Shown in pieces: positions 38,306 through 50,559 of a stretch of DNA of 63,866 bases. This stretch comes from Octopus bimaculoides (lineage: Eukaryota). The position numbers were made by a program, and so were the translations under genes. Position 1 is the first letter of the stretch. Each line of letters starts with the position of its first letter. The DNA lies in the NCBI RefSeq assembly GCF_001194135.2, contig NC_068988.1, positions 53,614,398-53,678,263 on the forward strand, written 5' to 3'. The notes beneath the pieces are model-generated. The model was not told where the DNA came from. It did not search any database and worked only from the letters and a program-made list of their open reading frames with translations.

Positions 38306-38565
38306 ATGCTCCTCCTGTCATCATCCCTTACCTGTTTAATTCTTTTTTATTTCACTAGTTTCCACAAGTGCAGAGCCATGGGACATATCATCTACATTAT
38401 AAATATAACATTGCTGTCTGGCTTGGATGCCATCATACAAGGCCATGTGGAATGTAAACATTTATGTGATCACACAGACACACACCCACACATTCGCTGA
38501 TCTCGAAAAAGGAGAAATAAGCTATATCAAATCTCTGAGTGAGATGTAAACAGTAGCAATATGGA

Positions 38566-38782
38566 ATCGCAACGTATAATTGCTAACCAAGTGTGGCGTC
38601 CTATACGGGACAGTGTTACTAGCGTTTATAGCCTCAGGAAGATATCTCTTCCAGCTAATACTAATCGGACACAGAATGTGTGTTGTTAGCCAGCTGGAAG
38701 AGATGTCTTCCTGGGGCTATAAATGCCAGTAACACTGTCCTGTATAGGACACAACACTTGGTTGGCAATTATATGTTACGAT
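38566..38782. mobile_element. Foldback MITE / long inverted repeat (91-bp arms, 35-nt spacer)
   Basis: Arm 38566-38656 matches the reverse complement of 38692-38782 at 81 of 91 positions with no gaps. Confidence 0.9.
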
Positions 38783-38947
38783 ATATATATATAATGACAT
38801 GTGATCAGTTTGAAAAATTGCTAAGACACTAGGATATTTTCCTACTATTAACATGAAACCAATGGTAGCCTTAATTCACAAATGAATAAATCGTATCCAT
38901 CAATGCAATGTTGAGTGCTCGTATTCATCATTCGACATTTGCGTGTG

Positions 38948-38979
<32 letters not shown>

Positions 38980-39593
38980 ACTTTTTAAGTGATAAACTAT
39001 AGATTTTCTATAGAATTCAGAGCCAACATTCTAAGTTTTGATGCTTTGTGTACAAATACATTTATGTAAATAATGCAATTGAAGATAATAAAAACAGGTA
39101 ATGGGTGTATATACATATTTCAAGAGTTATTGCTCTTTGATCAGCACCAAATCCAACCCATGAATTATCTACAAATGTATTGCCTAAATATCCACAAAGT
39201 TTAGCGGTGTAATGCTATTAGATAGACAAATTTACATACCAAATATATTCCTGGCAACTGGAACATGAATATTACTTACTAGCAAGGGCACAATATTTCA
39301 ATTGCAACCAAAATATTCTACCAAGTCAGTATTGTGTCTTACTTTTTGTTTGTGTGTGTGAGTATTTATATACAGTGGTGCCATTTAATTTAAGAACACT
39401 AGTATACTAATGTTAAAACGGCATTTTTTATACATTCAAGTTGTAAATTGTGAACTAAGATGTATATCAAAATGAGGAAAATTTCACAGGCTTTAATATG
39501 GGTATACAATTTCATAGTCTAACATCAACATATTAATTTCAAATTAAAAATAAACTTTATTTTGTGTAATTTAGGAACGATTTGCAAAATTTC

Positions 39594-39594
<1 letters not shown>

Positions 39595-39633
<39 letters not shown>

Positions 39634-39746
39634 GGAGGAGGAGGAGGAGGAGGAGGAGGAAGAGGGGGAGGAGGGGGAAGTGATGATAGTGATGATGATG
39701 ATGATGACAATGATGATCATGAAGAAGACAGTGATGATAATGATGT

Positions 39747-39800
<54 letters not shown>

Positions 39801-40250
39801 CAATGATGATGATGGCATGGTGATAGTGGTGGTGGTGGTGGCGGTGTTGGTCATTGTTGTTGTCATTGTACTTGGTGGTTGCAGTTATTGATGACGCCAA
39901 TCACTTAAGAACATTCCATCGTTTGAAAGTTGTTCTAAAAACTACAGCAATCCAAGAAGGTGTGCTAGGAAGGATCTGCTGTTGGACAATCAGGAAATGG
40001 TAAACATCACCATCATCATCACCAGCATCATCATCACACCACAACAATCACTACCAATGTTCACTACCATCACCACCAATACCACCACTACCATCACTTC
40101 CGATATTCTTATTACATCATCACTGCCACCACCACCACCACCACCATAATCATTATCACCATCGCCACAACATTCACATTACATCACCACCACCACCACC
40201 ACCATCACTACTCTCTTTATCCTCACTATCACTATGACTACTATTGACTA
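39595..40250. repeat. Trinucleotide low-complexity tract (GAT/GAG/CAC)
   Basis: Directly visible in the sequence. Confidence 0.9.
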
Positions 40251-40359
40251 CCACTCCCGTTACTGTTACAACCATGGTCTTGCAGTTCAGAAGTTATCTT
40301 CCTAACCATATGTTCAGTTATCCTGCATGGCACCTTGAGCATGATAGATAGATAGGTAG

Positions 40360-40408
<49 letters not shown>

Positions 40409-40512
40409 NNNNNNNNNNNNNNNNNNNNNNNNNNNNNNNNNNNNNNNNNNNNNNNNNNNNNNNNNNNNNNNNNNNNNNNNNNNNNNNNNNNNNNNNNNNN
40501 NNNNNNNNNNNN

Positions 40513-40562
<50 letters not shown>

Positions 40563-40743
40563 ATGATGGGATTCTTTCAGTCTCCTTCTACGAAATTCAA
40601 TCACAGAGCTTTTGTTGGCCAGGAGCTATACTAGAAGAAACTTGCCCAAGATGATGCACAGTGGAGCTGAACCGGAAACCATGAGGTTTGGAAGCAAATT
40701 TCTTAGCCACACAGCCATATATATATTTGGACTATGAACTCAC

Positions 40744-40910
40744 CGTAACTTTCACAAATTAATTCTTTGTATTTGCGACCAGCATTGGAGATACTCTGTA
40801 AGCAGATCATAGCCTTGGTTTTGTGATTATTTGACAGTTGGAATAAACGAAGGACTGCAATCAAAGTGAAAATTCCACCAATTTCAATGAATTCAGTCAT
40901 ATACTGATGC
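40744..40910 (-). CDS. ARMH1: ARMH1 exon 3 (HQYMTEFIEIGGIFTL...GRKYKELICESYG)
   Basis: ttgcag| acceptor, G|gtgagt donor, 167 nt; GRKYKELICESYG identical to the human sequence as recalled. Confidence 0.97.
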
Positions 40911-41560
40911 CTGCAACAATAATCACAGTAATAATGATAATCCTTAATATGGCCACAAGGCCTGAAATGTGAAACAAACAGGTTAACGGGGTAAATTGAT
41001 CCTGGAAGAATGGTAGTTGGTACTTGAACTCAGAACATAAGATGTGATACCACAAAGCATTTTGATCTCAGCTGAAATCATCATCATCATCAACAACATC
41101 ATCATCACCATCAAGTGAGTCTCTACATGGTCACCCAACTCAAAAAATACATCTGCATTGGAAAAGAGGTAACCGTTGCACCAATGTCTGAATCAACTCG
41201 TGACATTATGTGTATATATAAACATACATAAAGACACAAACATACAACAGCACACACATAAATGCATTCACTCAACTTCACATACAAATGCACACTCACA
41301 CACACACACATTCACACATACATATGCACAAACATGCTTTACTGATTCCGCCAATCCCTGCCATAACACACAATAATGATAAGTTCTAATTTATGCATAA
41401 AGCCAGCAATTAAGCAGGAAGGGGCTTGATCTCAGAACGGATTGGCATAGAGAGGAAGGAGATAACTGAAGACACTACTTCTCTCCCTTCTTTCTTTCAA
41501 GAATGTTCTTATACTTGCATACACACAAACATGATAGTAAATAACAAACATGCTTCTTAC

Positions 41561-41629
41561 CCACAGGAGGCTGATAAAAATATATTGATACTGTCCAGCT
41601 GTTCTGAGAGTGCTGTCCCAAACATGTAT
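41561..41629 (-). CDS. ARMH1: ARMH1 exon 2 (YMFGTALSEQLDSINIFLSASCG)
   Basis: cctcag| acceptor, |gtaag donor, 69 nt, phase 2/2; matches human [23 protein letters not shown]. Confidence 0.92.
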
Positions 41630-44600
41630 CTGAGGTGAACTAAGGAAATTCAATGTCATACATATGATGGATATAAATGATATATGAGCATAAGCAACAA
41701 GACATATCTGAGTATATTGTGTGAGTGGATATGTGTGTGTGTGTGCGCGCGCGCGCATGCATGTGTTTTGTTTACTTGTTTCAGTCACTGGACTGTAGCC
41801 GTACTGGGGCACTGCCTTGAAGGATTTTGATTGAATGAAACAACTCCAGTACGTACGTACGTACGTACGTACGTACGTACGTACGCATGCATGTATGTGT
41901 GTGTGTGTGTATGCATGCACACACACACACACATACATACATATTTAGAAAAAGAGAACTTAAGATAACGGAATATGTGCTTTCCATTGACGAAAATCAA
42001 CAGTGAACAGATATTCACGATCGAGTCCGCCAGAATGAATTAAGAATGAATAGTTACGTTAATATTTAGATTCAAGAAGGCGGTGCGCTGGCAGAAACAT
42101 TAGCACGCTGGGCGAAATGCTTATTTCGTCTGCCGCTACCTTCTGAGTTCAAACCTCGACCGCCGAGGTCGACTTTGCCTTTCATCCTTTAGCAGTCGAT
42201 TAAATAAGTACTAGTTACGCACTGGGGTTGATGTAATCGACTTAATCTCTTTGTCTGGCCTTTTTTGTCCCCTCTATGGGTATTAAAGAAATAAATATTT
42301 AGATTCAGGAAGGTGGCGAGGTGGCAGAAACGTTAGCACGCCGGGCGAAATTCTTAGCGGTATTTCGTCTGTCTTTACGTTCTGAGTTCAAATTCCGCCG
42401 ACATCGACTTCGTCTTTCATGTTTTCAGGGTTGATAAATTAAGTACCAGTTGCGTACTGGTCTATCTAATCGACTGCCCTCCTCCCAAATTTCGGGCCTT
42501 GTGCCTAGAATAGAAAAGAATGTTTAGATTCAGGCTATTCTCCTTGAATCCATGAAGCAAGGGAAATAACTTCTAACAAGTTAATCCTCTTCTAATAGAA
42601 GTTATTCCCCTTGATAAAGTCTTTGTTTTCTATATGAGTACTATTACGTAAATGATCAGAGCAGATCTTTATCATATGACCTTACCTTATTTTTTTTCTT
42701 CCCCCAATGAGATGACAGTAAGTACACGAGGACTTTTAACCTTTAAGAGTACAGTCTTCACGCATCGGTGGAAACCATTCACCAAATGCATTGAGTTTTG
42801 TTAAACAAAAGTTCAACGTATTTACTAAACTAAGAACCGCAAGCTTTACTTATAAGCTTCCATCAAATGGTATTTCTTAGGTAAAATACGAGTTATTGGA
42901 CAACCTGTTCATGGATCATTAGGAGAAATCTCTTGATGGCTTTTTACTATGTTTGTAGAAACACTCTGGTTTGCCTCAATTTCCTCTAGCTGAAGCGCCA
43001 GCTCACCTTCTAAAATTCAACTTCAGGGCGGAGTCTGACCAAAATCGGGCGTGATTGCGTGCGTGTATGCGTGCGTGTGTGTGTATGTATGTATGTATGT
43101 CATTATTCATTCCCTTTCGAAATTATCCCTAATTGTGGTATAGAGTTTTTGGCTGCTCTTTCTAGCTGGTTAGATGTCCTATTATAGGCATCTCTGTATT
43201 TTAAATGAATAAAATACATAGTCTATTTACTAATTCTTTCCTTTCGCTAGACCACTGGTAGTAGATAAAATTTCTTAAATTTTTTTTGCTATCCTATGAT
43301 TTATTAATAATGATAAAATATATATATGTGTGTGAGTGTGTGTGTGTGCGCACGTCATTACTTTGCCTTTCTCTCTCCTTTTGTTCTTTTTTCCAGCACG
43401 CCCAATTGCAAATCCTTCCTCCTCCACCTTACCTCTCCTGTCAAACCTTTTTATCCCAACCAGTCGCCATGCTTGATCGCTAAATCCACAAGTTTTTGGG
43501 GTTTTTTTAAATTCTCTCTCTGTATATTTTCTCTTATTCCTTTCTGTTGAAGAGCATAGGCTCGAAACGTAAAAGAATTCCTCACTTTCCCTAGCATCAA
43601 ACTAATACACTTGTTTGTTGATGTGTGCCTGCATATGTTTGGGTGTATATCTGTGTGTGTGTACGTGTGTTAGTGTGTGTGCGTGCGTGCGTGCGTATAC
43701 GTACCATATACACAATACACACTCGATTGTGTACACACATCATACACAGTTTATTCGGGATAAAATGTTTGGAATGTTTTACAAAGGTTTACTGGACATA
43801 CCTGCACGAGTGTGTCCCCACATCGTCTCGATTTTGTTTCCTCATCACTTTCCAAAACATGGATAGTTTTTAATGAAATTTTCTACAGATACCCTTCACA
43901 TGGCGTAGATTCGGACTATGTCGGAATTTGTTGTGATTTTTTTTTCGGAAGTTGGGAGAGAAGTTTTGGATAATTCACACGAATCGATTTTCAAAAACTA
44001 TGAGAGGCGTGCGTGCGTACGTGCGTGCGTGTGTCTGCTTGATATATGTACACGCGATTATGTACATATAGTATACAGATTTTACTCTGGGGAAATTCAA
44101 ACGAAGGATTTGGGGAATGTTTATAGGCGTAGGAGTGGCTGTGTGGTAAGTAGATTGCTTACGAACCACATGGTTCCAGGTCCAGTCCCACTGCGTGGCA
44201 CCTTGGGCAAGTGTCTTCTACTATAGCCTCGGGCCGTCCAAAGCCTTGTGAGTGGATTTGGTAGACGGAAACTGAAAGAAGCTCGTCGTATATATATATA
44301 TATATATNNNNNNNNNNNNNNNNNNNNNNNNNNNNNNNNNNNNNNNNNNNNNNNNNNNNNNNNNNNNNNNNNNNNNNNNNNNNNNNNNNNNNNNNNNNNN
44401 NNNNNNNNNNNNNNNNNNNNNNNNNNNNNNNNNNNNNNNNNNNNNNNNNNNNNNNNNNNNNNNNNNNNNNNNNNNNNNNNNNNNNNNNNNNNNNNNNNNN
44501 NNNNNNNNNNNNNNNNNNNNNNNNNNNNNNNNNNNNNNNNNNNNNNNNNNNNTGTATATATTCGTGTGTCTCCAATGCTGGTGTGTTTATGTTTCTGTAA

Positions 44601-44966
44601 CATAGCGGTTCGGCAAAAGAGACCGATAGAATAAGTACTAGGCTTACAAAGAATAAGTCCTGGGGTCGATTTGCTCGACTAAAAGCGGTGCTGCAGCATG
44701 GCCACGGTCAAATGACTGAAACAAGTAAAAGAGTAAGCAATCTTCCGAAAGATTGCCGTTTTACAAATATTTACTGTGACATTAGTCCATTGGATTTGGA
44801 AAATGTGGGTTTGCGTTTGCTTTGCCCTTTCTACGATGTCAAGGCGTGTGTGTCTGTGTGCTTAACGTATGAGTATAGGTATGTGCATTGCGCGCGTATG
44901 TTTGAACTGGTGCTGTGCATGTGTGAGACATATCGTTGGAAAAAGCTATCAATCATTAAAGGATAC
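41630..44966 (-). other. ARMH1: U12-type (minor spliceosome) GT-AG intron, ARMH1 intron 1
   Basis: 5' splice site GTATCCTTT (44966-44958) is the full U12 consensus. Branch-like TTTCCTTAG (41648-41640) has its A 11 nt from the 3' splice site, and there is no long pyrimidine tract. Confidence 0.85.
44126..44735 (+). mobile_element. SINE family A, full-length young copy (gap in microsatellite)
   Basis: Head GGCGTAGGAGTGGCTGTGTGGTAAG through tail GAAACAAGTAAAAGAG. Confidence 0.9.
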
Positions 44967-45172
44967 GAAAGACGGAGCCATGCACTGATACGAGCCAACA
45001 TCAAACTGGCCCCTTCAGCGAACTGCATTTCCAGTTCAGGTCCAGTTTTGTTTTTGTTTTGCTGGATAAAACAATTAAGGATTTTCTTTCGTGTGGCTTC
45101 ATCTCCCTTATCCCACTCTTTGAACAAATCAAACACTCTGTTGATCTGGGCTTCTTGATTAGCTGGTCTCAT
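44967..45172 (-). CDS. ARMH1: ARMH1 coding exon 1 (armadillo-like helical domain-containing protein 1, C1orf228)
   Basis: MRPANQEAQINRVFDLFKEWDKG...KTGPELEMQFAEGASLMLARISAWLRL aligns with human [23 protein letters not shown]...[27 protein letters not shown]. The 12 exons sum to 1236 nt (411 aa plus stop) with all phases consistent. Confidence 0.95.
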
Positions 45173-45256
45173 AGCGTGTGACTGTGTCTGTTTGTTAGTA
45201 GTCTTCCATGTTAGCTTTTGCTCGAGAGAGTTGCACTGCTACAGTTACTTTGAACA

Positions 45257-45269
45257 GTTGCTAGGCAAC
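45257..45269. promoter_or_regulatory. RFX X-box upstream of ARMH1
   Basis: GTTGCTAGGCAAC inside the near-palindrome ACAGTTGCTAGGCAACTGT, 85 nt upstream of the ATG. Confidence 0.7.
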
Positions 45270-45939
45270 TGTTGTCAATATACAAATATTCGTGCGACCG
45301 ATTAGGGCTAGCTTGAAACGTCTCTATTTGTTTCCTGATTTCCCCTGACTTAAACACAGTGAGTTGATGTAATAACCAGATAATTAATGCGTCGCCACTC
45401 TTCAATATGCAGAATATGAATTTTAGTATCAAAGTTATTACGATCATACCTTGGTAATCCTAACCCTATTTGTCTTTCATACATAAGTAAAACAAGGAAG
45501 AATTTCAGTTTACATAAAACTCTCTCTCTCTCTCACACACACACACACATGTAAGTGAGTTCTGATTCTTCGAATCCCCATTACTGTTATATAGATACGT
45601 AAGGCGGCGAGCTGGCAGAATCGTTAGTGCACCGGACAAAATGCTTAGAGGCATTTCGTCCGTCTCTACATTCTGCATTCAAATTCCGCCGGAGTTGACT
45701 TTGCCTTTCCGGGTCGATGAATTAAGTACTGGGGTCGATGTAATCGACTTACCCACTTCCCCGAAAGTGCTGGCCTTGTGCCAAAATTTGAAACCGTTTT
45801 ATAAATACGTGTTTGTATTTTTTTGCCTTTTTATGTAGAAGAATAAGAATTATAGACTGTTCTTTGAGGGGAAAATTAATAAAACATTAAATGGTTAAAA
45901 TTACAATGTATAAAAACATTTTTAAAAAAGCGACTTAAG

Positions 45940-46774
45940 CTCTAGAGCTTTCCAAAGTGGGTAGTAGTGCCCCACTGGGGGCGGTGAAAAGATCCAGTGG
46001 GGCTTTGAAGAAAAATGTGTTAATGTTGACATTATTACCCGGAAACGAAATCGAAAAACAAAAATAGTCCAACGGGTGTTAAAAAAAAAAAAAAGGTATA
46101 GAAAACGAATCTGAAAAAAATTTGCGGAGACCAATGGGGATGGAGAGAGGCCTTCGGAAAATTCACAAGATCCGATGTTTTTTTCCCTCATAACTTTTAG
46201 GAAAANNNNNNNNNNNNNNNNNNNNNNNNNNNNNNNNNNNNNNNNNNNNNNNNNNNNNNNNNNNNNNNNNNNNNNNNNNNNNNNNNNNNNNNNNNNNNNN
46301 NNNNNNNNNNNNNNNNNNNNNNNNNNNNNNNNNNNNNNNNNNNNNNNNNNNNNNNNNNNNNNNNNNNNNNNNNNNNNNNNNNNNNNNNNNNNNNNNNNNN
46401 NNNNNNNNNNNNNNNNNNNNNNNNNNNNNNNNNNNNNNNNNNNNNNNNNNNNNGTCTCTGCACCTTTTTGTTTTCAGATTCGTTTTCTACACCATTTTTT
46501 TTTACACCCATTTCACTTTTTTTTTTTTCGTTTCAAGCTAATAATGTCAACATTAACCAAAAAATGGGGTGATAATGGGTGACCAAAACGGGGCAATGGA
46601 TGTAAAAATAAATAAATAAATAAATAAAGGGTTAATTAGGTTAAGTTTTATTTGTGAAATACTGTTGTTTTGAAGTTACTGCAGAAAATGGTCTATGTCT
46701 GTGATGGTGGTGGTTGTGGGGCATTAGAAATGAGGCCTCAGAACTGAAAAAGTTTGGGAACCACTACTCTAGAA
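45940..46774. mobile_element. hAT (Charlie-like) MITE with a nested repeat
   Basis: Right TIR TTTGGGAACCACTA followed by CTCTAGAA; left end CTCTAGAG followed by an eroded TIR (CTTTCCAAAGTGGG); NTCTAGAN target consensus. Confidence 0.6.
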
Positions 46775-48164
46775 TTATAATTGCTATAATTTTACTGTTG
46801 TACCGGTCTCACTTCACAGATGTGGTTTACAGAGGAAACAAGTGATTTCTCATGGTTTTCATGATCAGATTCATTCAAAACCTATCAAAAAAACCAATAT
46901 GAATTGAATAAACAAGTTTTATATCGAAGTAAAGATTTTAGAAACATAAAACCAAACTGAATAATATTTACAAAATCTCATTTTTGAAATTGAAATATAA
47001 TCAAAAAAATAAAAAAAGATAACGGTTCAGATCACTCTGCTTTCTTTGTAATCTTTCCTGTCGTGAAAATGTCACAAAATTAAACTGCAGTCAAAGGGCA
47101 GCATTCCTGGTCAAGAAGCAATTCAGAATACAAAAGCAGATTTTGGCATTGAAAAGATTCTCAACACTAAAACTATTTATGAACTTTGTGGGTTGGGAAA
47201 ATGTATTGTGTGGCTGTGTGGTAAGAAGTTTGCTTCCCAACTACATGGTTCTGAGTTCAGTCCCACTGTGTGGCACTTTGAAGGCGTGTCTTTCTACTAC
47301 AGCCTCGGGCTGACCAAAGCCTTATGAGTGGACATGGTTGCTGAAAACTGATAAAAGCCTGTCATATGTATGTAAGCATGTATGTACATATGTGTGTGTA
47401 TGTTAGTGTGTGTGTGCATATCTGTTTCTGTCTTTGTCCTCCACCACCTCTTGACAACCAATGTTGGTGTGTTTACATCAATAGAGACCAATAGAATAAA
47501 TACCAGGCTTTAAAAAATAGAAGTTGAAAATGCACTGAGAATAGTTAAAATAATTTTTATTAATATATTTAGAGCTTTAACCAGTTTCACAATTTACACT
47601 GATTTTCAAAAAGTTCAAATAGAAAGATGTGGCTTATGTTACATCTGCCTTGCTTCTGACTAGTGTTTGAAGCTTGCTCTATTTTTATAGGGAATTCATA
47701 GCTCAAATTAATATATGCTTTCAATAGGATTTGATCGGTAGAGGATAGTCACATGAACGGTCTTAGAAATTTTTGTGGGTTCCCTGCTACATCCGTGTGT
47801 TAGTATCAAATGACAATGTTTGGCCTTGTAAATTAAGGCTGACACGGTTGGCTGAACATGTCCAAACAATCAATGCTCTGAATGCTTTCTGCCAAGTGTT
47901 TGAAGAGAACGAATACATGATTAAGTTTGCAACCTTTTGTATATTTCCTGTATTAGTGTCATGTGACAGAATATTTTGTGCCTAAAAAGAAGGTTGACAC
48001 AGTTGAGTGAACATGTTTACTTATTATCAAGGCACTCCAACTTTAATCTGTCTGGAAGGAGAGTGGCTAAAGTTTAAGTTGTTAGCTGTGTAGCTTCCTC
48101 ATGGTAAGTGGCAGAATGAATTTTGCGTGTGAATAGTTATTTGTGTATGTACCGTTAAAGTTTG

Positions 48165-48900
48165 TTAAGTCTTGGTTTGTATGAAAGTATTTCATTGTTC
48201 ATTTGCACTTCATCTGTGATATTCACTGAACATAGTTAGAGTAGAGTGGGAAGACCTGGAATATGTGTCCACTCAGTGGAATCTGTCTAGTATTGGGGTC
48301 TCGTAATTGTTGCTGGTGAATAGTCAGTCTGTTTCTTGGAGTAAGCTTTGTTTGACCTATGTAATCTTCATTACATCCTTGACATTTGATAGCGTATATT
48401 AAATTTCTTGAAGAACATGTAAAGTGATTTTTAACAGTAAAAGTCTGTCTTGATTTGAATTTGTATGCTGTGTCTTCAATAAGGTTAATGCAAGTCCTGC
48501 AGCTGGGGTGGCCACACTTTCTCATTGTTGGTGTAGGAATTGTGGAAGGTAATTTAGCACTTGGGAGGAATTTTTTGAAGGACTTTGATTGTCTTTTATT
48601 TTTGATTATTTTGTGTATTTCGAATGCTTGTTTCATTCTTGGGTCTTGTTGTAGTGGGATGTTCTGGTGGATAATATTGTAAACCTCTGTGTTTCTTGGG
48701 TCGTGTGTTGTAATAAAGGGTAGAGTATTGGATGTATTTGAAACTCTTTTCAATTCTGTCTGGAATTTCATGGGGGAATTTCTCAAGCCAGAAATTTATT
48801 GCCTCTAGGCCATATTGGTGTTGGATTGTGGTATAGAGGTTTACCACATCAAAAGATACATTAGTAATATCATTGTTTATGAATTTTTGTATATTAGCAA
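48165..48900 (-). mobile_element. Penelope-like element: RT fragment fused by deletion to the GIY-YIG endonuclease
   Basis: SFDVVNLYTTIQHQYGLEAINFWL (RT motif), then LPFITTHDP...KCGHPSCRTC...FTCSSRNLIYAIKCQGCNEDYIGQT..RNRLTIH (GIY-YIG). Confidence 0.9.
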
Positions 48901-49694
48901 CAGGTTTACATATTTAAAAAAAACCATGAACCTTAATACCATCTGAATGTTACAACTGCAGCAGGAGGTATTAAAAAATTAATTGCATGCAAAAATTTCC
49001 TCCTATGGCTCATATTCTCCATTCATTCACTATCCTTTGCCAATATCCCATTTTATTCTCATTTCAACAAATTAAAAGATTGCTCTACTTTCTATATTAT
49101 TCCTTTCATACAAGAACAATGCAGACTACAACCATAAACAAGAGAAGTTATTATTTCTGTACACATCGTCATTACAACCATCTGCCACCATACAATAAAT
49201 ATACTTCTTTCCTTTATCATTTATTTTCACTTTTCTGTTGCAAAAATTACCATTTCTTTTAAAGCTCCATAAAAATTAACTATTAACAACTTATAAACAC
49301 AAATTATAAGACACATTATTCAACAATATATTATGAAAAACTGAAAGAATTACAGAATCATGAACCACAAATTTCATATTTTTGGAATGTCTTTGATAAG
49401 TGTCATAATAACCATGACCACTCCATTTTTTTTTTTTTTAGATCATACCAAGAGTCACATTTTTCCACAACTTAAATTCTTCATGCAGAATACGTGCTCT
49501 TTCAAAGGTGTCAACCCCCACCTTAACCAGCTTCCTCCATCTGTGGTGATGACAGGCATTGCTCTCCCAGTCAGTCTCCTGCATATCACAGACTTTTAAT
49601 GAGGACTTGACACAGTTCTTAAATTGCAGTGAGCTGCGCTAAACTGACCAGATATAGAAAGACAGGCAAATTTTGGTTCACCTTTTCTAGAAAC

Positions 49695-50405
49695 TCCCCC
49701 AGCCTCTGGGTGAGCAATGCCCTCTCCAAATGGAGCTGCTCAAACACCCATGCAGCAACCAAATCCTATCGCTGTCTTGGGCCACAAGGAGATGACTTTA
49801 TATCTAGCATGGGCTGCTTACGTGCACAAACCAAAGATCCCCAAAATGTCCAACGCCATTCCCTGCACATCTGGTTTTATATCAGAGTGACCTTCTCCAA
49901 GATACATGCTTCAACAGAAGCTGAGGAGTGCCTCATTCCCAGTGGTCTTCTAGCATGCTGGACACTATCCTAGAATTTCTGTGTACCTGTGCTATTGCTA
50001 GATAGCTGTTGAGCTTGCACTAGGTTCATCCAACCTTTCAACAGGTCTTGTTTTTAAATCCTGCTGAGTTTCTAGCAACTCTCCTCAACAGGTTGCACTG
50101 GATTCCATGTTACCAGTAGTAATTATGCTTTTCTCTGATTCTCGACATTCTCAGAATCCAGCCAGCCAGTAGTCTGCACTTTGTCATCATCCTGGTAATG
50201 TGCACTTGGAAAGAGGTATCATGTCAATGCCCAGGTCCTTCACTGATTTAGGCTCTGGGATTGTAATCCCCTGTGGACCAGTGTACCTTGTAAGTTTTGT
50301 ATTCAGTTTTGAATGCTGGTAGTACAGGGCTTAGAAATTTTCAGCATTAAACTGCATATTATTATCTTCAGCCCATCTGTAAACTGAGTCCAACTCCTGC
50401 TGCAG
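49695..50405 (-). mobile_element. Degraded CR1-like LINE 3' part
   Basis: QQELDSVYRWAEDNNMQFNAE...PKSVKDLGI... with many stops and frameshifts. Confidence 0.75.
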
Positions 50406-50559
50406 ATGTGCATATATACATATATGTATATATATATACATATGGTAGTTGTCTACTCCTTATACAGAGTTTGATCACCTCCTGTACCTACACCTTAGTA
50501 CCATCATGGCGTCTGATGTGGTTTTTTAAACCAGACAATGTTCTGAAAAGACACCTACA

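Noticed and set aside
44831-44966. ORF-track continuation of ARMH1 exon 1 (YPLMIDSFF...)
   Set aside because: Homology stops at the GTATCCTTT donor; this is intron read-through.
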